A stretch of 64,000 bases of DNA from the NCBI GenBank assembly GCA_965247095.1, contig OZ251997.1, forward strand, positions 4,192,001 to 4,256,000, in the 5' to 3' direction. Source of the DNA: Candidatus Multivorans sp. GTDB lineage: Bacteria > Acidobacteriota > Thermoanaerobaculia > Multivoradales > Multivoraceae. A model generated the notes under the pieces. That model worked only from the letters and a program-made list of their open reading frames with translations, ran no database searches and was not told the origin of the DNA. Below are positions 35,000 to 43,839 of the stretch, piece by piece. The position numbers were made by a program, and so were the translations under genes. Numbering within the stretch: position 1 is the first letter of the stretch; the number at the start of each line of letters is the position of its first letter.

Positions 35000-36855
35000 G
35001 CGAGGAACGCGGCGAAGCTACCGAGCCGGGTCGTGAGCGCGACCTGGGCAAGGTCTACGACAGGGCACTGCTCAAGCGGCTCTGGCCGTTCATGCGGCCC
35101 TACCGGGGCTGGATCGGCTTCAACTTCGCCCTGGTTCCGTTGCGTGCCGTCCTGGAGCTGATGCCGGCGCTAGTCGTGGGTGCGGCGCTCAACTACCTGA
35201 CCGAGGGTGTCGCGACGTCGGAGGTGGGGTGGATGGCGCCCTTCGTCGCGCCGCGGCTCGGCCTGCCGCCGCTGGCCTGGATGTTCATCCTGGTGCTCGG
35301 CATCTCGATGCTCACGCTGATCATGGAGTGGCTGCGCGCCTTCACCATGATCTCGCTCGGCCAGCGCACGATCCGCGACGTCCGGAGGACGCTGTTCGAT
35401 CACGTCCAGCGTCTGCCGATGCGCTTCTTCGACCGCTACCCGGTGGGCCGCCTGGTGACCCGGCTCACGAACGACCTGGAGAACCTGGCCGAGATGTTCT
35501 CGGCGGGCGTGATCGCGATGGTCGCGGACGTATTCGTGATGGTCGTGATCCTCTCCATGCTGTTTTCGATGGATCCCCGCTTGGCATTGGCGGCCCTCGC
35601 CCTAGTGCCCTTCCTGGGGATTGCGGCGGCGATCTTCCGCTACAAGGTGCGCGAGGCCTTCCGGGAGGTCCGGGTCAAGATCGCGCGCCTCAACGCCCAC
35701 CTGCAGGAAACGATCACCGGCATGAAGGTGGTTCAGTTGTTCGCCCGCGAACGGCGGAACCAGCGGGACTTCGAGCGCGAGAACGCCTCCCATCGCGATT
35801 CGTGGCTGCGTTCGATCCGCTACGACGCGTTGCTGTTCTCCTCCGTCGACCTGGCGACCAACCTGACCCGGGCGTTGATCTTCTGGTACGGCGCCAAGCT
35901 GCTCGGCGCCGGTGAGATCACGCTCGGCACGATCTACGTCTTCTCCGACTACATGGGCCGCTTCTTCCGGCCGCTGATGGACCTGTCGGCGAAGTACTCG
36001 GTAATGCAGTCCTCGATGGCGAGCGCCGAACGCGTGTTCCAGCTCCTCGACGAGCCGCGGGAGCCGGCGGGCCGGATCGAGTCGGCGGTCGAGGCTGCTG
36101 CCGGCCCGCAGCCCGGCGGCTGCGAGGTCGAGTTCGACGGCGTGACCTTCTCGTACGGCGCGGAGACGGTCCTGCGCGATGTCTCCTTCCGCGTCGCCGC
36201 CGGCGAGCGGGTGGCGATTGTCGGCCATACGGGCTCCGGCAAAACGACGACTCTCAAGCTGCTGGCGCGCCTCTACGAGCTGCAGGAGGGTTCGATCAAG
36301 GTCGACGGCCGGGACATCCGGGAGATCCCCAAGCCCGAACTGCGCCGCCGGATGGCCTTCGTGCTCCAGGACGTCTTTCTGTTCGACGGCGATCTGCGCT
36401 ACAACGTCGTCCTCGGCCGGAACGTCGCCGACGACGTGGTCGAGGAAGCCGCACGCGCCACCCACGTCGACGCCCTGATCGAGCAGTTGCCGAACGGCTG
36501 GCAGCACAAGGTCAGCGAGCGCGGCGTCAACTTCTCGACCGGCCAGCGGCAGTTGCTCTCCTTCGCCCGCGCCCTGGCGCGCGAACCCCAGCTCCTGCTC
36601 CTCGACGAAGCGACCTCCAGCGTCGACACCGAGACCGAGGCCCTGATCCAGGACGCCCTGCATCACCTGATGGAGGGCAAGACCTCGATCGTCGTCGCCC
36701 ACCGCCTGTCGACGATCAAGGACGTCGACCGCATCTACGTCTTCCACCACGGCGCCATCTGCGAGCACGGCAGCCACGACGAACTCCTCGACCAGCGCGG
36801 CGTCTACTGGCGGCTGTACCAGTTGCAGTACGCCCAGCAGGAGACGGCCGCGTAG
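34996..36855 (+). CDS. ABC exporter, permease-ATPase subunit 2 (MdlB-like)
   Basis: GHTGSGKT, FSTGQRQL and LLDEATS motifs; GTGA overlap with subunit 1. Confidence 0.93.
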   Translation: MSEERGEATEPGRERDLGKVYDRALLKRLWPFMRPYRGWIGFNFALVPLRAVLELMPALVVGAALNYLTEGVATSEVGWMAPFVAPRLGLPPLAWMFILVLGISMLTLIMEWLRAFTMISLGQRTIRDVRRTLFDHVQRLPMRFFDRYPVGRLVTRLTNDLENLAEMFSAGVIAMVADVFVMVVILSMLFSMDPRLALAALALVPFLGIAAAIFRYKVREAFREVRVKIARLNAHLQETITGMKVVQLFARERRNQRDFERENASHRDSWLRSIRYDALLFSSVDLATNLTRALIFWYGAKLLGAGEITLGTIYVFSDYMGRFFRPLMDLSAKYSVMQSSMASAERVFQLLDEPREPAGRIESAVEAAAGPQPGGCEVEFDGVTFSYGAETVLRDVSFRVAAGERVAIVGHTGSGKTTTLKLLARLYELQEGSIKVDGRDIREIPKPELRRRMAFVLQDVFLFDGDLRYNVVLGRNVADDVVEEAARATHVDALIEQLPNGWQHKVSERGVNFSTGQRQLLSFARALAREPQLLLLDEATSSVDTETEALIQDALHHLMEGKTSIVVAHRLSTIKDVDRIYVFHHGAICEHGSHDELLDQRGVYWRLYQLQYAQQETAA

Positions 36856-36872
36856 GAGGAGTGGCATCCGCC

Positions 36873-36973
36873 CCTGGGAACCCGGGTGGCGCGATCCGCG
36901 CCACCCGTGAACCACTCCGTGCGCCCGTCATCGGGCGCACGGATGGCACCCGGGCGTCTCGCCCGCATCAGGC
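36873..36973 (+). repeat. Nested repeat: family 2 element inside a family 1 REP
   Basis: cctgggaac [ccgggtggcgcgatccgcgccacccg...cgggcgcacggatggcacc] cgggcgtctcgcccgcatcaggc. Confidence 0.8.
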
Positions 36974-37022
36974 GCGATGCCGCGAAGCGGCGAGCCCGAG
37001 CCGCCGCGCAACCGCCGCCCCT

Positions 37023-37760
37023 CTACCGCGGCCGCGACTGATGCCGCGGCGCCTCTACCTCCGTCTGCAGCCCCCGGTCCCCCTGATCCTCCATCCACGC
37101 CCGCAACCGGCTGAGCATCCCCTCGATCCGCCCCCCATGCTCCGACACCTCCGCCAGGTTCGTCATCTCATACGGGTCAACCTCGAGGACGAAGTCGTTG
37201 ATCAGATCGGGTCCAAAGACGTCCTCGCCCCAGGTCTCCTTCCGGTCGTTCGTCACCAGCGTCGGCCCCCAGTAGCGCGAGCCGCGCCCCTCGCGGCGGA
37301 GCTGCCACAGCCGGTGCTCGTCGAACCCCGCCTGCTGCGGCGAGGTGCCCTCGTGGACCACGAACAGGTTGTTCGTCAACTGCCACTTCCCCGAGATCAC
37401 CGTCCGGTACCCCGCCTGCGCCAGCACGTGGGCGAACGTGACGTCGCCCGCTTCGAGGTAGCTGAACTCCCGGTAGTTTCGGAAGTTGTGCAGCCCCGTC
37501 ATCAGCTTGACCCGGGTCGGCGTACACAGCGGCTGAGAGTGCCCGTTCTCGAACCGCATGCCCTCCGCCGCGATCCGGTCGAGTTCCGGCGTTTGGTACG
37601 ACGACCCGCCGTAGACGCCGAGGGTCTCGACGCCAAGGTCGTCGGCGAGGATGACGATGATGTTGGGTTGGTCTTGTTGCAGGGCGAAGGCTGCGCCGGT
37701 CGTCGTGAGCAGGGCCAGGCCGACCAGCAGGACGATTGCGAGGCGGGTCTTGGCTTGCAT
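37023..37760 (-). pseudogene. Arylsulfatase-family gene with a large in-frame internal deletion
   Basis: PNIIVILADDLG, CTPTR sulfatase motif and SGKWQL, then a jump near 37180 from DLINDFVLE to the C-terminal DPYEMTNLA; only about 245 aa. Confidence 0.78.
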
Positions 37761-37889
37761 GGACGTCAAGTTAGCAGCCGACCGGCGCTGGTCCGACGAC
37801 GTGCGACCGGCATGGAACCGGAGGCGGCGGCATACGGTTGCGCCGGTTCTGCCGTGGTAGCGTCCGAGCCGTACTTCGGGGGCGAGGCG

Positions 37890-38159
37890 ATGACTGTACC
37901 AAGCAGAAAATCCTACGACCGAGAACAGGTTGTTCGCTTGGTGGAGCAGTTGCCGGACCAGGAGATTCCGGCCGCCGGCCGCTATCTGGAGCAACTGGTC
38001 GAACGTCTGGAACCGTTCTCCAAGCATCTGATGGAAGCGCCCGACGACGACGAGGCCCTGAGTGAGAAAGGCAAGCGTCTTCTGGACGAGGGATATGAGG
38101 ACCTCGACGCCGGGCGAACTCACACTCTGGAGGAGGTAAAGCAGGAGCTTGACCTCTGA
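37890..38159 (+). CDS. Putative antitoxin upstream of the RelE-like toxin
   Basis: Acidic 89-aa ORF ending GRTHTLEEVKQELDL, typical of addiction-module antitoxins. Confidence 0.72.
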   Translation: MTVPSRKSYDREQVVRLVEQLPDQEIPAAGRYLEQLVERLEPFSKHLMEAPDDDEALSEKGKRLLDEGYEDLDAGRTHTLEEVKQELDL

Positions 38160-38422
38160 GGGTCGCCGTTGCGTTTAGTGGCCGGGCGCTGCGAGACCTG
38201 AAACGCACCGACAAGTCGCCCCGGAGGCGGATCACGGAAGCAATTGAGCGCTGTGCCTCGACGCAGGCCGGGGAGGTCAAGCGCCTGAGGGGATCCAACA
38301 GGCCGACGTGGCGGCTGCGAGTCGGGGATTGGCGGGTCCTGTTCGCTCACAACCCCGGTGAGAATCTCATTGAGGTCGTACGGGTTGCTCACCGCAGTCA
38401 GGTGTATCGGTGCCGCTCGTGA
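38156..38422 (+). CDS. relE: RelE/ParE family toxin (absent from the ORF track; CTG start)
   Basis: Manual translation gives LRVAVAFSGRALRDLKR...GEVKRLRGSNRPTWRLRVGDWRVLF...IEVVRVAHRSQVYR; AGGAG RBS at 38143. Confidence 0.8.
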   Translation: MRVAVAFSGRALRDLKRTDKSPRRRITEAIERCASTQAGEVKRLRGSNRPTWRLRVGDWRVLFAHNPGENLIEVVRVAHRSQVYRCRS

Positions 38423-38613
38423 GGCCTGATCGCTCGGGAAGAGGGCGAACCTGTTCTCAGGGATGTCGGCTACAGCGCAAGCGTCTCGCTAGTCAAGGTG
38501 ATGCTCGAGAAAGTGCGTGTCGAGCTGCTCGGCGGTGTGGGTGACTAGCTGTGTCTGGTGTCTTCTGATTGATTTTCCGGTGTGGATTGACCGAGCTTAG
38601 GGGTTGCTTCGCT

Positions 38614-39189
38614 TCAGGTCGATGGCGTTGGCTGCAACACGTCGAGGAACTCGGCCAGGATGTCGACCGCACTCGAACCCCGGTCGTCTTCTGCGACCAG
38701 CTCGATGGGTGCGAACTCGGGGTTCAGCGGTTCCAGCGTGATCCGGACGTGGCGCCAGGGACCGTCTTCAGCGGATCGCTTCTCGCTCCGGTAGCGCTTC
38801 ACCGTGAACCGCTCGCCGGTCTCCGGGTCGACTGCGTCCCGTAGACGTGCCAGAACGATCCGCCCGTTGCGGCTGCCAGCAGCGGGGCGACGGAAGAGGC
38901 AGACTGAGCCCTCCGGGATCCGGGGTTCCATCGATCGCCCGACGACGGCGGCTGTGAACATGTCCGCGGTCAACCGACGCCCGGAATCGACCTCGATCCA
39001 GCGCGTCGAGGGGTCGGTCACTTCACCCAGAAGCCCGAGGGCTTCGCTGAAGCCGCCCGCCGCCACCTTGAGCAGGCGGCCCGCTTCACCGTCGTAGGGA
39101 GCTACGCCGGCGACGATGCCGCGCCGGTTGCGGACGTGCGCCAGCATGCCGACGCGGGGTACGTCGGTGCTTGTTTGTGTCTGCTGCAT
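38614..39189 (-). pseudogene. Chimeric ORF: helicase-like N-terminal stub fused to an S24/LexA-type peptidase domain
   Basis: S24 motifs VAAGGF, VVGRSMEPRIPEGS, FTVKRY and LEPLNPEF; no HTH; N-terminal PRVGMLAHVRNRRGIV. Confidence 0.6.
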
Positions 39190-39346
39190 TCCATCTCTTG
39201 CCGGCCCGATTCTCGGGTGCCGCCGAATGGCGGACACGTGTCCGATGGCGGGTTGTGTTCTTGAGTTCCGAGAGTGTATTCGTGCCGGGCCGATTTGGTC
39301 TCGATGCGGGGAGCCTGTGACGGTGGAGGGTAGTGAGACGGTGGGC

Positions 39347-39381
39347 ACTCCGAGATTTCAGGGTGGTTGACTCCGAGATTC
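39347..39381 (+). repeat. ACTCCGAGATT(T)C repeats, left array (2 copies, 23-bp period)
   Basis: Copies at 39347 and 39370. Confidence 0.75.
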
Positions 39382-39437
39382 CCCCTTTACTCCAGCGGTG
39401 CGTTGACGAGCAACGGTTGTCGGCATAGGCTTGGCAT

Positions 39438-39704
39438 ATGCCGAACGTTGACGGAAGAGCAGAGCCGGTACCGACACGAGTAGCTCGCCTGTTTCGCAAC
39501 GGCCGAAATCAGGCGATTCGGATCCCCCGCGAGTTCGAACTGGATGCCGACGAGGTGGTCATTTACCGAGAACACCGGCGCCTGATCATCGAACCGGTTG
39601 ACCGGAAACCGTCGCTTGCAGCGGTGCTCGCTCGACTCGAACCGCTCGAGGAGGACTTCCCCGAGATCGAGGATCCTCCGACCAGGCCGGAAGATCTCCT
39701 CTGA
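39438..39704 (+). CDS. vapB: VapB (AbrB/MazE-fold) antitoxin
   Basis: ARLFRNGRNQAIRIPREFEL motif. Confidence 0.9.
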   Translation: MPNVDGRAEPVPTRVARLFRNGRNQAIRIPREFELDADEVVIYREHRRLIIEPVDRKPSLAAVLARLEPLEEDFPEIEDPPTRPEDLL

Positions 39705-39716
39705 CCCGGCGGGACC

Positions 39717-40115
39717 GTGCTGCGGTACCTACTGGACACCAACGCCGTGTCCCAACTCGTCCGGCAGCCCGACGGTGAGGTCGCTCGGCGAGTCGCCGCA
39801 CTCGAACCGGGGAGCTTCGCCATCAGCGTCGTAGTGGCGGCTGAGCTTCGGTACGGCGCCGAACGTCGTGGTTCGTCGCGCCTCACAAGGCAGTTGGAGG
39901 CCGTCTTCTCGGCCATCGACGTGCTGCCGCTCGAGGAGCCCGTAGACCGCCACTACGGCGCCATTCGTAGCGAACTGGAGCGAGTCGGCCAGCCGATCGG
40001 GTCCAACGACTTGTTGATCGCCGCACACGCGAAGGCGCTTGGCGTGACATTGGTGACGAACAACCTCGGCGAGTTTCGGCGCGTGTCCGGGCTTGTCGTC
40101 GAGGATTGGCAGTGA
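39717..40115 (+). CDS. vapC: VapC PIN-domain toxin
   Basis: YLLDTN, AELRYG, IGSNDLLIAAHA and LVTNN..EF.RV.GL..EDW motifs. Confidence 0.93.
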   Translation: MLRYLLDTNAVSQLVRQPDGEVARRVAALEPGSFAISVVVAAELRYGAERRGSSRLTRQLEAVFSAIDVLPLEEPVDRHYGAIRSELERVGQPIGSNDLLIAAHAKALGVTLVTNNLGEFRRVSGLVVEDWQ

Positions 40116-40156
40116 CGGTGGAGTGGCGCGAGTACAGTGCCTTCCCACAGGACTCG

Positions 40157-40214
40157 ACTCCGAGATTTCATGGTTTAGATTCCGAGATTTCCGGGATGAG
40201 ACTCCGAGATTTCA
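40157..40214 (+). repeat. ACTCCGAGATTTC repeats, right array (3 copies, 22-bp period)
   Basis: Copies at 40157, 40179 (attccgagatttc) and 40201. Confidence 0.78.
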
Positions 40215-42428
40215 AGGTTCTGCGGCCCTCCGACGAAACATTGCCGCCCCGATGACGAGCACGGCAGCCGCCGCGTAAGCCAGCGCCAGCAGGCGGATCA
40301 CCACAGGCACGTGGGCCTGCGTGTGGGCGAAGAACACGACGTACCAGGCGGGGACGGACCAGCCGGCGGCGAGGATGCCGGCCCAGCGCCAGGGGTCTTC
40401 GAGGGTCCACCAGTGGCGGAGGACGTAGAGGGTGGCGCCGGCCAGCGTAGCCGCGGCGGCGCCGATGAGGACGAGGGCCAGAGTCGGCGAGCCGAGGCCG
40501 ACGGTACCGAGGTTGTCTCCGATCCTCTCTAGGAACCGCTCCATGGTGGGTCGGCTGGCGTAGAAGGGGTCGATATCCGGGTGGATCGAACTGCGGGGAG
40601 CGCCGTACAGCCGGAAGGTGAGCTGGTCCCAGAACTTGAACAACACCGGCTCGCGAAACACGAGTTCGGCGAGGAGGACGCGGAGCAGGAAGACGGCGGT
40701 GAGGCAGCCGACGTAGGCGCCGGCGCAGCGGATCAGCAGCCCGCGGCGCCAGGTCCGCGGATCGCCGGGGCAGTCGGACGGTTCGGCGCCGTCGCCACTG
40801 GCCGGCGGCGGCGCCACGGCCAGAGCCAGGAGCAGGCCGGCAAGCCCGATCAGGGCGCTGCCGAACAGGAGCTCGTGGTAGGCGATCAGGGCGCCGAAGG
40901 CGGAAAAGAGAACGACCTGGCGGCTCGGCCGCCAGTGCGCGGCGCGGGATCTCGGCACGGCGAGGAACAGGAAGACCGTCAGCACGTTCGAGGCGCCGGC
41001 GGTGAAGCTGCCGGCGCGGTCGTCGAGGTCGAGGAAGAGCAGGAGGCTGCCGAAGAGCGCGGCGAGCGCAACGGCCTGGAACTGGGTCTGGCGCCTCACT
41101 AGTGGGTTCGCCTTCGCTCCTGGAACGAGCGGGAGACCGAGCCTTCGCCGGAGGCTGGCTGGACGCGCGGGTTCCCAGGCCCGAGGTAGGGCGGCTATTG
41201 CCGTTGCGATTACCAGCGCGCCGAAAAGTCCCAGGCCTAGCAGGCCGAACGTCAGCTCACGCAGCAGGCGCCGCAGTCCGTCGACCCCGATCCGCGGCAG
41301 CAGCCACTGCAGCATGACCCGCTGGCCGGCCCAGTACTGGTGGTAGAAGACGCTCAGGTAGTCCGAATCGTCGACGGCGCCCTGGTCGAGGCGTTGCTTG
41401 AGCGCGTCGCAGGGCCGCTGCGGGCGCGTATAGCGGTACACGCGGCGGGGGGAGATGGTCCGCTCCAGGGTGGATCCGTAGCGGTCGAGCGTCATCAGGC
41501 TGATCAGGCAGTCGTTGAAGCTTTCGGACGAGTCTCCGATCGTGCGTCCCGGCTGTTCGTAGGAGGCGCGCAACGCCTCTGCTACAGGCTCCGGATCGGC
41601 GCGCACGGCGAGCCAGTTCAGCGCCAGGAAGAACGCGGTGGCCACGACGGTGACGGTGGCGACCAGGGCGGTGGCGCGAAGGGGGCCGAGGCGCTGCTGG
41701 CGCACGGGCCGGATGGCAGTTGCTGTGCCTCCAGAATGCGGGCTGGAAGCCCGCGTTGCCAAGATTGGTGAGAAGAGCGTACGCAGGATGCGCATGCCGT
41801 CATGGAACGCTCTCAGCTTGCTCGACGAGCCTTCCGGCCGGGCGAAGTAGGGGCAGTGGACTTCAGTCCAGGCGAGGTCCGAGGACGCCGCGAACAGGGT
41901 CAGTTCGGTCTCGATCTCGAACCCGTTCGACCGCGCCGGGAAGCGGTCGACGAAGCGGCGCGAGAAGGCCCGGTAGCCGGACAGAAGGTCTAGAACCTGC
42001 GGGCCGCAGCGCCAGCGGGCGAGCGCGGTGAACAGCCGGTTGCCGAGGCTGCGCAGCGGCGTGTAGGCGTGTGCGTCGGCGCGTTTGCGGGCCGCCACGA
42101 GCATGTCGAGGTCACGCTCCTGGAGGGTCGAGACGAGTCGGCCGGCGCTCTCGGCGTCGTAGGTGTGGTCGCCGTCGGCCATCAGGTAGATGTCGGCGTC
42201 CACCTCATGGAACAGGCGCCGGATGGCCCGGCCCTTGCCGCGCCGGGGCTCCGCGATGACGGTTGCGCCGGCTGCCGCGGCGGCTTCGGCGGTGCCGTCG
42301 TCGGACCCGTTGTTGCAGACGTAGATGGCGGCGTCAGGCAGGGTGCGCTGGAACGCGGCCACGACGTCGGCGATCGTCGCCTGCTCGTTGAGGCAGGGGA
42401 GGAGGACGGCGATGCGAGCGCGGTTCAG
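40212..42428 (-). CDS. GT2 glycosyltransferase fused to a multi-pass membrane domain
   Basis: IAVLLPCLNE (upstream of the ORF-track start), NGSDDGT, GKGRA, MADGDHTY and GFEIETE motifs; inferred CTG start at 42428. Confidence 0.8.
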   Translation of the reverse strand: MNRARIAVLLPCLNEQATIADVVAAFQRTLPDAAIYVCNNGSDDGTAEAAAAAGATVIAEPRRGKGRAIRRLFHEVDADIYLMADGDHTYDAESAGRLVSTLQERDLDMLVAARKRADAHAYTPLRSLGNRLFTALARWRCGPQVLDLLSGYRAFSRRFVDRFPARSNGFEIETELTLFAASSDLAWTEVHCPYFARPEGSSSKLRAFHDGMRILRTLFSPILATRASSPHSGGTATAIRPVRQQRLGPLRATALVATVTVVATAFFLALNWLAVRADPEPVAEALRASYEQPGRTIGDSSESFNDCLISLMTLDRYGSTLERTISPRRVYRYTRPQRPCDALKQRLDQGAVDDSDYLSVFYHQYWAGQRVMLQWLLPRIGVDGLRRLLRELTFGLLGLGLFGALVIATAIAALPRAWEPARPASLRRRLGLPLVPGAKANPLVRRQTQFQAVALAALFGSLLLFLDLDDRAGSFTAGASNVLTVFLFLAVPRSRAAHWRPSRQVVLFSAFGALIAYHELLFGSALIGLAGLLLALAVAPPPASGDGAEPSDCPGDPRTWRRGLLIRCAGAYVGCLTAVFLLRVLLAELVFREPVLFKFWDQLTFRLYGAPRSSIHPDIDPFYASRPTMERFLERIGDNLGTVGLGSPTLALVLIGAAAATLAGATLYVLRHWWTLEDPWRWAGILAAGWSVPAWYVVFFAHTQAHVPVVIRLLALAYAAAAVLVIGAAMFRRRAAEP
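41731..41763 (-). repeat. REP-like palindrome, family 1 variant, in the GT2 inter-domain linker
   Basis: Reverse strand reads cttggcaacgcgggcttccagcccgcattctgg. Confidence 0.6.
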
Positions 42429-43816
42429 GGCGCTCCGGCGTTGCCAGTCGACTGCGCCGTCCTGCCCTCAGCCGGGCCGAGCGCAAAGAGGTGTTCGCGG
42501 GCGCGCACGTAGAGCCGGTCGCCGACGATCGCGGGCGTGGCCCAGACCGACTCGCCGAGCGAGAAGCTGCCGAGCACTTCGTGCGTCCGCCCGGCGCGCA
42601 TGATCGCGATGTCGCCGTCGGTGTTGACCATCAGGATCCGGCCGCCGCCGCCGACCATGGAGGCGGAGTAGCGGCCGCGGATCGGCAGCCGACCGCCTTC
42701 GTAGACCACCTCGCCGGTGCGCGCGTCGAGGCAGGTGATCACGCCGCCGTCATTGGTCAGGTAGAGCAGTCCCTCGTAGAGGAGGTTCGAGGGCACGTAG
42801 CCGGTGCCCTTGCGGTAGGTCCACACCCGCGGGTCGCCGCCGGTCAGATCGCCGCGGCTGTCGAGACGGATGGCGAAGACGACCTTGCCCGGGTAGCCCG
42901 AAGTGAACACGGCCAGATCGCCGACCGTCATCGGGGAGTGGATCGCGTTGTTCTGGAGTCCCGTGGCGCGCCAGAGTTCGCCGCCGTCGGCGGGGTCGTA
43001 GGCGATCACCAGCTCGTTGCCGCTGGTGATCAACTGCTTCTGGCCGTCGTGCTCGACCACGATCGGCGTCGCCCAGCTCGCCTGCACCGGCCGCTCGCGC
43101 TTCCAGACTTCCTTGCCGGTTGCGGGGTCGAGCGCGACGATGAAGGAGTCGTCGCCACTGTCCTCGTCGGCTTGGATGATGAGCAGACCGCCGGTGAGCA
43201 CCGGTGACGTGCCGACGCCGAGGCCGACCGTCTTGATGTCGCCGATGTCGCGCTCCCACACCGGCTCGCCGTCCAGGGTGTAGGCGTAGACGCCCTCGGA
43301 ACCGAAATAGGCGTACACCCGCTCACCGTCGGTGACCGGAGTCGGCGAGGCGTAGGACGACTCGGAATGGCGGTCGTCGAAGACGCGGCCCGCGTAGGCG
43401 GTGTGCGACCAGAGGACCTTCCCCGAGTCGGCGTCGAGGCCGATCACCTTCATCGTGTGGTGGCGGTTGCCGTCGGTGGCCTGCGGATGCACGAACGGCT
43501 GCCCGCCGAAGGTGTGATCGGGAGGGCCGGCGCCCGGAATCACGCGGCCTGTGATCGCCGTGGTCAGGAACACGCGGCCGCCCGAGATGACCGGCGAGGA
43601 GTGGCCGCGACCTTCGATCGGGGTCTTCCAGAGCAGGTTGCGTTCGACTGTGAGGTCGGCCGCCGGGCCGGGGCCGGAACGTGCGATGCCGCTGCCGTCG
43701 GCGCCGCGAAAGCCGGTCCAGTCGTTGGAGGCTGCTTCCGCGGCGAGGGCGGTCGCCGCCGCAAGTGCGGTGGCGATCAGAATGGCTGCTGGTGAACCGT
43801 GGCGCGTAGCCTGCAT
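42425..43816 (-). CDS. PQQ-like beta-propeller repeat protein
   Basis: DWTGFRGADGSG, WKTPIEGRGHSSPV, YASPTPVTDGERV and ATPAIVGDRLYVR motifs. Confidence 0.85.
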   Translation of the reverse strand: MQATRHGSPAAILIATALAAATALAAEAASNDWTGFRGADGSGIARSGPGPAADLTVERNLLWKTPIEGRGHSSPVISGGRVFLTTAITGRVIPGAGPPDHTFGGQPFVHPQATDGNRHHTMKVIGLDADSGKVLWSHTAYAGRVFDDRHSESSYASPTPVTDGERVYAYFGSEGVYAYTLDGEPVWERDIGDIKTVGLGVGTSPVLTGGLLIIQADEDSGDDSFIVALDPATGKEVWKRERPVQASWATPIVVEHDGQKQLITSGNELVIAYDPADGGELWRATGLQNNAIHSPMTVGDLAVFTSGYPGKVVFAIRLDSRGDLTGGDPRVWTYRKGTGYVPSNLLYEGLLYLTNDGGVITCLDARTGEVVYEGGRLPIRGRYSASMVGGGGRILMVNTDGDIAIMRAGRTHEVLGSFSLGESVWATPAIVGDRLYVRAREHLFALGPAEGRTAQSTGNAGAP

Positions 43817-43839
43817 TGGAGTCTCGCGGGTTGTCGATG

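Noticed and set aside
39347-40214. CRISPR array
   Set aside because: Repeats are only about 13 bp with about 9-bp gaps, and there are no cas genes
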